From positions 26,846,001 through 26,910,000 of the forward strand of contig OX597818.1 in NCBI GenBank assembly GCA_951406725.2: 64,000 bases of DNA, given 5' to 3'. The stretch is from Octopus vulgaris (taxonomy: Eukaryota). The translations under genes were made by a program, and so were the position numbers. Positions 1-12,000 of the stretch are shown piece after piece; the stretch's first letter is position 1; every line of letters begins with the position of its first letter. A model generated the notes under the pieces. That model saw only the letters and a list, made by a program, of their open reading frames with translations. It did no database searches and was not told where the DNA came from.

Positions 1-290
1 CCACTGCCATGCCAAACTATGCACGAACCAATGCACTTAATTCTTCCTTCCTAGAACATCAACTTTCTTGAATTTTTGTTTTTTGGTTATAGGAAATACC
101 TATGTTTTTCTTATAGCCATTAACTGACAGCTGTTCAGATACATTAATATCTGATCTCATTCAGACTACACAATTAGAAAATAATAATAAAGAGCCATAG
201 GATGAAATTTGATTATTTCCTAAATGCCCATAAAACTGACTTAGTGTGAAGTGAAACCAACTTTCATATCAAGTTTGATTTATTTTTCAG

Positions 291-419
291 ATTCTGGAAA
301 AATACAATATTTCTGTCTTTTGTGCACCACCTACTGCTCTACGCTTGTTTGTTCAAGAAGATCTAAGTAAATATAAGTTCAAGTCTTTGCGACATTGTGT
401 TTCTGGTGGTGAACCAGTG
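291..419 (+). CDS. ACSM3: ACSM exon ([43 protein letters not shown])
   Basis: tttttcag acceptor, gtaag donor, phase 0/0. Confidence 0.9.
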
Positions 420-3400
420 GTAAGAAATTTTCATTGTACTCACAGGAAAACCTTGGTTGTACTTGTAAAAAAACAATACTAATTATTTGTACTGAATTAA
501 ATTGAAATCATTTAATTTTTGTCAAGTTTCAAATAAATTATAGTAATTATCTTTTGGTAAATATTTTTTCAAATATCTGATAGGTTAATATGAGTTAGAT
601 AAAATTAAAACAGCTATATTAATTATAATTTTACTGTCAGCAGGAGTTTTATAACAACACTACACAGAAGTATTAATTTTATACTACTCTCATAAAAAAA
701 AATATATATATATATATTTTTTTTTACCTGGAATATTTTGTTAATATTACTTTAATTTCAGAACGAGGAGCTGATTAGCCAATGGAAGAAGGGAACAGGT
801 CTGGAACTATATGAGGTCTATGGACAAACTGAAACAGTATGAATTTTTTTTTTCTCCTCTTTTTTATTCTCATAATATGACCAGTGAAGTTAGCTTCTCT
901 TAAGCACCTTATGACATAAGAAAAGGAGTGATATATACTGGTGATATTTCTACTATAGATAGTCACTTAATACTACAACAGTTACCATCAGTTGCAGTTA
1001 TAAAAAATATATAAACTAAACTCAATACCAATGTTCTTATTAGTCACTACTCATATTAAGCAAACACTCATCAACTATGCTTTTCTACTCATGCAATAAA
1101 ACCTCCACTTTTTATAGTCCTTGAAATTTATGGGTAACACAGGTGTTTATAAAAACAAACAGCAAGTGACCTGTTTGAAAAGACAGGACTAACAATGGAC
1201 ATCATTGTGAGAATGTCGTTAAGTTTTGAAAAATTTGTCTATGATTTATTTTACATATGTTTCTTTAGTAGTGTAAGAAACACTGATAACACAATGGCTG
1301 CAGTAGAACAAAAAATCTTTTGTTTCAGCTATTTATGGTCAGTTGTATTGCAAGTAGTTAAGGGATTGTGTCATACTTTACAGCTCTAAGTGAAATTTTA
1401 GAGTCAGTTTTCATTTACACAATGACTATTAATTGAGCATTCATCTATGAAATTTAATGGATATAATCATTGAACTGACACTCTCTGTCAGAAGTAATAT
1501 AATTTTAATCTCCAGACAGTATTATAACAAGCTTTTTTTTCTTTGTTTAGCATGCCATGATTCATTTACTAGCCCCAGCAATCTAATTCTATCTCATGTA
1601 GCTACATGGTTTCAGGATTATAGGAGAAAGAATATGAATTTTCATGACAGTATGACAAATAGCTTCGTATTGACCAGACTATTGGATGTAGTTATATATC
1701 ACTGATCACAATGCATTTCCTTGAATTCTTGGAGCTTTCAAATGATGTCACTCAGCTGGCTAGGTAGGGAGGCCAATTGATGGATTGCCTGTCTATTGCT
1801 GAGTTGCCTATTTACAGCTGAGTGGACTGGAGCAATGTGAAATGAAGTATTTTGCTCAAGAACGATGCACTGCCAGTCTGGGAATCAAAACCTTGATTTT
1901 GTGATCATGAGTGCAACACCTAACCACAGAGCCAAGTACCTTCACATATAACAAATATATGACGTTTTTCTTAAAAGCATAATTGCTCTGAAATGAAACT
2001 GGGACACACAAGGGTGGGTTGAAAAGCTTGAAAAGCTCATAGGCTGGCTATGAAGTCTTGCATGCATTAATTTCTGTGTGAGTTGAGAATATTCTGCACA
2101 ATGAGCTTGGTGGGACAGTTTTCTGCTCAGTGCATACCACATCTGACACCTGATAAAAAGCACATCTGGCTGATCACACCACAGGAAAATCCGACATTGT
2201 TCTCGGAAAATTTTGGGGGATGCAAAAGGCATTTGTGGTTATTAACTATCTTCAAAAGAGCAAACCATGAATGGAGAGTATTATGCCATGCTGAGATAGT
2301 TATGAAAGGCTATCAAGATCAACCACCCAGAAAAATTGAAAAAGAGGTCTTGTCTCATGAGGACAATGACCCAGCATACAAGTCCTTGACTTCAGAAGCT
2401 GCTGTGTGATTGTGGATTTGAACTGGTTGATCACCCTCCCTATTCTTTTGATTTGGCTCCATCTATCATCTGTTCCCTAACATGAAAAAACACTTGGTTG
2501 GAAATCAGTATTGCAGTGATGATGATGTCATATCAGTTGTTGATGACTTTTTTGACCAACAAGATGAAAGCTTTTTCATCAATGGGATCCAAACACTGCA
2601 GTACCAATGAAAGAAATGGGTGGACCACAAGGGGAACTATATTGAAAAATAACCTCATTTGGTCATATTCCATGAGAGCATTTTGGCCAGCCAATGAAAC
2701 TTTCAGCTACTCCTTGTAATGTGAAGTGAAATAATTCCAACCAAGAATTGAAACCAAATTGTTGAGCTTAACACCATTCAGGAAAATATTGAATATTCCT
2801 CTTTTTTTTTTTTTTTTTTTTTTAAACTGTATCATAGTTCTATCTATACTGACTACTGAAATTAATATGTAATGGTTAAAACAATATAAATGGTAAATAG
2901 CAGATATTCTCTTCCCCTAACACTGCTGACTATAAATTAAACAGCCAATGCTATTAGCATATCCCAGCATCTTGGTCAACCAATGAAACTTTCAGCTACC
3001 CCTTGTAATATGAAGTGAAGTGATATAATTCCAGCCAAGAATTGAAACCAAATTGTTGAGCTTAACACCATTCAGGAAAATATTGAATATTCCTCTTTCT
3101 TTTTTTTTAACTGTATCATAGTTCTATCTATACTGACTACTGAAACTAATATGTAATGGTTAAAACAATATAAATGGTAAATAGCAGATGAATGTATGGT
3201 TTAAACATAAGTGTTACTTCCAAGTAATAATAATTGCTATTTCATGACAACATACCAAATTATCATATTCATCATAAGGCATGTATGAGAAGCTCATTAA
3301 AGCTTGGACATCTTGAATTCTGTAAATATTGTCGGCTATCAATTGACACAAATAATGGGAATTCAAAGGTTTACTTTCAAAATATGTATTATAGGCTATA

Positions 3401-3873
3401 CAAAAGAGAAATTTAATTCTATGAATTTTCAATATTTCAGTAGAACCTTTATTCTTTTAATTTTCTTATTTTTCTTGTGTAATTATGACAAAGAGACATT
3501 TGCTTCTTTCAGACATTACTCTGTGGTAATTATCCTTTCCTTGAAAGGAAGATTGGGTCAATGGGAAAGGCTTCCCCTGGAATAAACTTACAGGTAACTA
3601 GATTAATTCTTATGATTAATTCATAGTCTCTCTCTCTCTCTCTCAATATATGTATATGAGGTGGGTGCTGAAAAGTTGCTGGTTTTTGGTAAAAGAAAAT
3701 ACAGGAGGATCAGTTAATTATGATTTTATTCAGTATATTTCCCTCTCAGATTCATACACTTATTGCAGCAATCCTTCAGTTTTTCTAAGCCCTGTAAAAG
3801 AACTTGGAAGGTTGGGCCTCCAACCAGGCCTTTCACAATACCCTTCAAGCCAGGTACTGTTCAGCACCCTACA

Positions 3874-3914
<41 letters not shown>

Positions 3915-6022
3915 ATGAATTCTAATCATGAGACATTTATCCCATACTACTCATCTTTATGTCCAGATTCCAAAATCCAAATCTTATAAAACTTATTCAA
4001 AGGTTTTTGCTCCTGAAAAATGGAGCACATTGAGCTCTAAAATGTGGGAGTTAAGGCCCCTATTGGGTGGGGGTGTCTTAAAGTCAACCAGAGAAGTTGA
4101 ATTGTTGGGAATCTTTTTTAACTTGTGTCTTATATCTATTGTTCAAATTTCTTTGAAATAAGAAATATAAGAATGGTTTGTAAAAGAGAGCAAACCTACA
4201 GAAAACCACAAGATGAATGATCACAATAAGCAGTCAGCTACTTTACCCTAGTCGTTACACTTTGAATCGTCCCAATTGTGTCCAAAAAGGGTTAGTTTAT
4301 TCTTTTGTTTCAGTCATTTGACTGCGGTCATGCTGGAGCACCGCTTTTAGACAAGCAAATCGACCCCAGGACTTATTCTTTGTAAGCCTAGTACTTATTC
4401 TATCGGTCTCTTTTGCTGAACTGCTAAGTTATGGGGAAGTAAACACACCAGCATCGGTTGTCAGGCGATGTTGGGAGGACAAACACAGACACACAAACAT
4501 ATACATATATATATACGATGGGTTTCTTTCAGTTTCCATCTACCAAATCCACTCACAAGGCTTTGGTTAACCCGAGGCTATAGTAGAAGACACTTGCCCA
4601 AGGTGTCACGCAGTGGGACTGAACCCAGAACTATGTGGTTGGTAAGCAAGCTACTTACCACACTTCCACTCCTGCAGCAAACAGAGAAGCCAACATTTCC
4701 AACGTAAATTTTCTGCCATGAGGGCACCAACTAAAAGTTTACTTTTTGAATTTAAGAACACTTGATTTGGATACCTACTCATATAGGCCCTACTGAAATC
4801 CAAATGAAAGGTTGTCATATATTAACACAGCCACATGCCACTCACTTATTGTGTTTAAAAGCCTGGTGAAGGGTGTAAGTAAAAGTTTATCAAACCTATC
4901 CACAAATAAAGACATTTTTGATGCTGTTAGCTCCTATTACAACAAGGCTTTGACAGCTAGCAGGTTTGGGGATTGCATCTCCAATATGCCAGGACCTAAC
5001 ACTCACAAACGAAAGTGCCACTGTAAGGTGTTTTGATTTACCCCCCATTTTTCATTCAGTGTTAAAACCTGTGTGGGAAGGAGCTTCCTTAGATTAGTAG
5101 TAGATAAACATTAGACATAATCCCAGAGGTATGAACATTCATTTAATAGACAACTTAAGAGTCTCATTCAGCTGTGTACCCAGTGTAAAAAAAATGATTT
5201 TAGTGAATGCCCTTAAACCCCATGCTGAAACAGGATGCTAATGTTGGGTTAACAGTGAGTGCCCTGTAGATGGTTGATGTAGACTATGAAGCAAAGGTTG
5301 TGTCCAGTAGCAGCAGCACCAAAAACATAAGGATACATACATGGAAATATGTTGGAGCAACAGAGAGCCCTTTTAAGCTGCAACTAAATAACCACAAGTC
5401 CTAGAGAGGCACAGTGTTACAGCATTGGCCAATTATATATGGAATTTAAAAGAAGAGAGAACAGCTATACAGGATTAAATGGAAGCCCCTGGAACAGCCT
5501 GGATTATACCTCAATGGAAGCTGATAATGCAAACTTTGTTTGGTTGAGAGGGTAAGGATCCTTAAAATTTACTTGATCCAATAGCCTTCTTAAATCTAAA
5601 AAGTGGAAGTTTTTCGTAGTATCAACATGACAGAAAATATATATTGGAAATGTGGACTTCCTTGCTTGCTGACTAGTAAACAGAAAATACATGAACTGAC
5701 CCTTTTCAGACAGAACTGGAACTGCTCAAAGGTAGTAAACCTCAGAAGGAGTTTTTGCTTTGAAAAAATTTCATTTCAGGAGGGTTTTTTTAACACCAAG
5801 CTGACCAAAACTGTATTCTTACCTTCATTAGCAAAGGGGTTATGTGCCTCCAGCCATCAGATCTGATAAGTTGCCTATACTGCTAAATACAATAAAAGAC
5901 ATGAAACCAATGGTAATTTTCTTATGAACCATAACCAACAACTACATAAAATATTCCTGATGAAAAATATCTTTTTTAAGGGAGTGATTCTTTTCCAGAC
6001 TTATGGACAACTGACCAGTTAT

Positions 6023-6075
<53 letters not shown>

Positions 6076-9000
6076 TTCATGCCTTATCATAACAGTAGTA
6101 GTTCATAACAGTAGTCAATGATTAGTATGATGCTATATTAGCTGGTACACTCACCAGTTAATATTAAACAATTCATCAGTCAATACCACAGTCTTTTCCA
6201 ACAGCCAACAGCTTACTCACACACAAGAGCAAACCAACTAAGTAAATATGCACTACAGCAACAGATGGCCTTTTGTAGCCAGACATTCTTAATTAAAAGG
6301 TGCAACAATTTAGATCTCATAACCATGGCAACCCATCAACTTTTGTTGCATAAACAGGAAAATACAGAACTTTCCATAGTATTATGTTACTTTCCATGTT
6401 GCTTTCTAAAAAAGGATAAATTAGCATATCATATATGCATGCTTCCTAATCCATCATTTAAAGCTTTCAATGGATGGAGCCATCATTTTATATCTAAACT
6501 AATATACCCCAGAAAGAATCACAAGATCTAGGAAGCTCAGGAAAACAATGGAACTTTTTATTTTTATATTTCCTTTGAAATTGTACAGTTGACATCAAAG
6601 AATTAAGATTATGATTATGAGGACTATATAGCTTGGAAGGACATATTTTACTGCAAATTTTCCATGCAAAATAGGAGATGAATGCATATAATTCACAAGT
6701 AAATACAGAATATACATTGCATATTTTGTAATAAAATTTGTCATTTTCAAATTAATCAAATAACTTTCAATCTTTATCATTTTTTCTAAAACAATTCTAT
6801 CATATTTGTAATAGATTGTAAATGATGAAGGAGAAGTACAACCACCAGGCACTCTCGGTAACTTAGCTATTTGTTGCAAACCAGATAGACCAGTTGGACT
6901 ATTTAGTAGATATGTTGTAAGTATAATAAAATTATAGAAATATATGTAACTATTTTGCTTCCATACTTTCTCCCACTAAATATTACTTTTAATTTCTTTT
7001 ACTGCTGCATAAGATCACTGTCTAAAAATCTGTTTTGCATTAATAGGAAAGATAATCTTTTCTTTTATCTTTTTCTTGTTTTGATTATTAGACTGCAGCC
7101 ATGCTGGGATTTTAGTCAAATTTTGAGGAATTTTAGTCAAATGAATTAATTCCAGTACTTTGGTTTTTTTTTTTAAAGCCTGGTACTTATTGGTCTCTTT
7201 TGTTAAAAATGCTAAGTACTGGGTATGTAAACACACCAACACCGGTTGTCAAGCAGTGGGTGAGAGACTAACACAAAGACACACACACACACACACATAT
7301 ATATATGATGGGCTTCGTTCAGTTTCTATCTACCAAATCCACTCACAATGCTTCAGTCAGCCTGAGGGCATAGTGGAAGACACTTGTTCAAGGTGCCACA
7401 CTGTAGGACTGAACCTGGAACCATATTTTTCTCATCATATTATCAATAACACTATCTATGAATTTGCCTGTGCACACTCTTGTCAATGTGTTTAATTTTT
7501 CCTGCGTGTTTCTTTAATGAAATTTAGCACTTTAGCATTTAAACCAGCCATATCAAACCCAAATATTCTACCCTTTTTATGTCCAAACTAGCCAAATCCA
7601 GTCTCTCATGCCTATACCTATCCTACAGTGTAATTCTCAAAATATACAATCCCATAACTGAAATCTCAAAGCTATAAGATAAACCATTATTAATTCAAAA
7701 CAATATGAATAAATATGTATTACATGAGATAGAGTTATCTGAAAGTTAAATGATTTAGCTTCAATGAATTTTAAAAAATCAGGCAGGGGAGCTGCCAGAA
7801 TATGAAAAGAGCACAGTAAAGATATCAACAAACCATAATTAAAATGATAACTTAAATAAAACCTGAAATTATAAAGGTAGTAAATCAATCAAAATATATT
7901 AACAAATAGGTGCAGGCATAGCTGTGTGGTAAGAAGCTTGCTTCCTAACTATATGGTTCTGGGTTCAGTCCTACTGCATGGCACCTTGGGCAAATACCTT
8001 CTACTATAACCTCAAGCTGATCAAAGCCTCGTAAGTGAATTTGGTAGACAGAAACTGGAAGAAGCCCATATTGTGAGTGTGTGTGCCTTTGTCCCTTACC
8101 ATAGCTTGACAACTAATGTTGGTGTGTTTACATCCCTGGAACTTAGCTGTTCAGCAAAAGAAACTGAGAGGCTTAACAGAAAAATTAAGTACTGGGGTCG
8201 ATTCATTCAACTAAAAATTCTTCAAGGTGGTACTCCAGCATGGCCATACTCTAATAACTGAAACAAGTAAAAGAAAAGATGAATAAAAATCCTAATAAAA
8301 ATTAAACTCTTAATAAAGTTCTGCTTATTAACATTTGATTTTTATGCATTTAAAAATTATATATTTATAAATTTTGCAACCAACCTATATTTAACCACAC
8401 CCACATTTTAACATTCAATTATCTCCCGAGAGTCACTCTTCGATAGTAATTATTATCATTTACACAATTTTGTCTTTTCTTCAATTGCCATTATTTCCTA
8501 TTTCCAGAGCGAACCAAAATTAACAGAATCTGTTTTCAGGGGTGATTATTATTTGACAGGTGATAAATGCAAAATGGATGAAGATGGCTATATTTGGTTC
8601 ATAGGCCGAAATGATGATATAATCCTTTCATCTGGGTTAGTGATTTACTACCTATAGTATATTTTTCTGCTTTTTTTTTTATAAGGTGTGGCATGAAGCT
8701 TGCTTCCCATCCACATGATTCCATGTTCAATCCCTCTGTGTGGCACCTTGGGCAAGTGTCCTCTACTATAGCCTCAGGTTGACCAAAGCCTTCTGCGTAG
8801 ATTTGGTTGATAGAAACTGAAAAACGCCTAAGACAGCAAGCTGGCAGAAATGTTAGCGCGCCGGACGAAATGCTTAGCGGTATTTTGTCTGCCGTTACGT
8901 TCTGAGTTCAAATTCCACCGAGGTCGACTTTACCTTTCATCTTTCGGAGTCAATAAATTAAGTACCAGTTACACACTGGGGTCAATGTAATCAACTTAAT

Positions 9001-12000
9001 CATTTCGTCTTTGTTTGTCCCCTCTATGTTTAGCCCCTTGTGGGCAATAAAGAAATAAGAAACAGAAAGACGCCTGTTGTATATATGTATGTATATATGT
9101 GTGTCCCCAACACTACTTGACAACTGGTGTTGGTGTGTTTAATTCCCTATAACTTAGCAGTTTGGCAAAAGAGACTGATAGAATAAGTACCAGGGTTGAA
9201 AATAAGTACTGGGGTTGATTCATTTGACTAAAAATCATGCATGCAAAGTAAGCTTCTTAATCAAACAGTTATGCCTGAGAAAATTACTTTATAAATATAG
9301 GCATGGCTGTGGTAAGAAGCTTGCTTCCCAACCACATGGTTCCAGGTTCAGTTCCACTGCATGGCACCTTGGGCAAATATCTTTCACTATAGCCTCAAGG
9401 TGACCAAAACCTTGTGAGTAGATTTGGTAGACGGAAACTGAAAGAAGCCTATCACATATATATATATATATGGCTGTTTGGTAAGTAGCTTGCTTACCAA
9501 CCACATAGTTCCAGGTTCAGTCCCACTGTGTAGCACCTTGGGCAAGTGTCTCCTACTATAGCCTCATGCTGACCAAAGCCTTTTGAGTGGATTTAGTAGA
9601 TGGAAACTGAAAGAAGCCCGTTGTATATGTGTGTGTGTCTGTGTTTGTCCCCATAACATCACTCGACAACTGATGCTGGTGTGTTTACGTCCCCGTAACT
9701 TAGCGATTCAACAAAAGAGACTGATAAAATAAGCACTAGGTTTACTCAGAATAAATCATGGGGTCGATTTGCTCAATTAAAGGCGGTGCTCCAGCATGAC
9801 TGAAACAAGTAAAAGAATAAAAGAATATATATATATATTTATCCCCCACCATTTATTGACAACTGGTGTTGCTGTGTTTACGGGGACGTGACTTAGTGGT
9901 TCAGCAAATGAAACCAATCAAATAAGTACCAGGATTAAAACAGGAAAGCACTGAGGTTCATTCATTCAACTAAAATTTCTTCAAGGCAGTGCCCCAGTAT
10001 GGCTGCAGTCAAAAGATTGAAACAGATAAAAGGTAAAAAATACTTTGTTCTGTACACATAACTATAACTAGGTACTATAGGGAAGCAGTAGTTCACCACT
10101 GTGAGCAGCAGACTACTGTATGATTCAAAAAGGCTTCATTAGCTTGCTTCCAAAGCATTGGAAAAGACATTAGGTGCCTTGTCTAGGATAAGGATATTGT
10201 CAGCTCTTTAGTCAATGGACCAGCATCTTACCTAAGAGGCCAGCTTTAATTCTTTGATATTAACCTGCCTGAGACTGGTCCTACTCTTATAATGCAATCT
10301 TTCTGTTTTAAAATGATCTCAAAACCTGCTGTTAAAATTTCCTGTTATATTCCAAACACCAACTTAATAATAACAAAGTTATTTCACTAAATCTGTCGTT
10401 ATATATTGTATATTTCAACAGAGTGGCTTAAATGTTTTCCTAACAAAGTGCAATAGTAGAACATGAAGATAAGAAACTTAGAATTAATTTTCAAACCTAT
10501 CTTTTCTCTCATCTTTTTCAGATATCGCATTGGTCCATTTGAAGTTGAAAGTGCTCTTATACAACACCCAGCAGTTTTGGAATCAGCAGTAGTCCGCAGT
10601 CCAGACCCCGTCAGAGGAGAAGTAAGTCAACATATGTTTTACCTTTCATAAAAAAAGACTTCTATTGTGTTCAATCTTAGTGGTTTATGTATATATCAAT
10701 TTATACATTTCCTTCATACTCCTATGAGGTGGCTATCACAATACTTACTCAGAAAATTCACATTGCTATGTGATAAGAAACTTGTTTCACAACCACATAG
10801 CTCCAGGTTCAGTCCCATGTGGCACCTTGGGCAAGTGTCTTCTACTATACCCAAGGGCCAACCAAAGCCTTGTGAGTGAATTTGGTAGATGGAAACTGAA
10901 AAAAGCCTGTCGTTGTCATCATCATCATCATCATTTAGTGTCCATTGTCCATGCTGGCATGGTTGAACAATTTGACCAAGGCTGGTAAGCTGAGGGATTG
11001 TATCAGACTCCAGTCTGATTTGGCCTGGTTTCTACAGTTGAACACCCTTCCTAACACCAACAACTTTGAGAGTGTTATGGGTGCTTTTATGTGCCTCCAG
11101 CACAGGTGTCAGTTGCATGACTCCACTATCTGCCACAACTGATTTCACTTGGCTTGATGGGTCATCTTTTTATAAGAATAGGAGCACATGCGGTCGTATC
11201 GTATAGGGAATACAATCGCACGCGATCCCACTCTTAATGAATTATTACTGACCAGATAATACATACAGCAGCAATAGAACACAAGTGGAATGACAACAAG
11301 GTTTCTTTTTGAGACATATACATTATTTATTTTACATATTTTACAATCGTGTAAATTTTAAGAGTTCGTAAGTGTTAGCATCTTTTTGTGTCTGTGTGTT
11401 CGTGAGGCATAAAAGGTACTGACTATAGAATTAACAATGGAATTTGGTTCATAGTTCATGTTGTTGGTATCAGCATAGCAACAGGTAGTAGCAGATGGCT
11501 TAAGGTAGTTCTTAGAAGAACTAGAACTCAAGACAGATAATTGATTTACCGTTTATGAGGTACACGGAGTGTAAGAGTTCCATACCAAGACGTTGCCTCT
11601 CGTGGTTGAGATTAATTGAATCACTTGTTGTGTTTATCTTTCTCTTGGTATGAATATTCTTTCAGATATATTTACTGTAGCATATTGCCAATGGTTTCAG
11701 TCATTTGTCATTGCCACCATAAGGCCCAGTGCTCAAAAGGTGCTTTTCACATGCCTGCGGCACCAGTGCTAGTTACGTGACACCAGCATTGGCCACATTG
11801 ACTCGGAGACCCACACTCAAAAACTATTTTTAACATACCACTAGCACAGGTACCAGTTATATAACACCAACAACAGCCACAACTATGATTTCACTTGGCT
11901 TGATAGGTCTTCTCAAGCATGGCATATCACCAAAGGTCTCAGTCACAAGTCAATGCCTCCATAAGGCCCAACGTTCAAATGTCATTGCCTCTGAGAGGTC

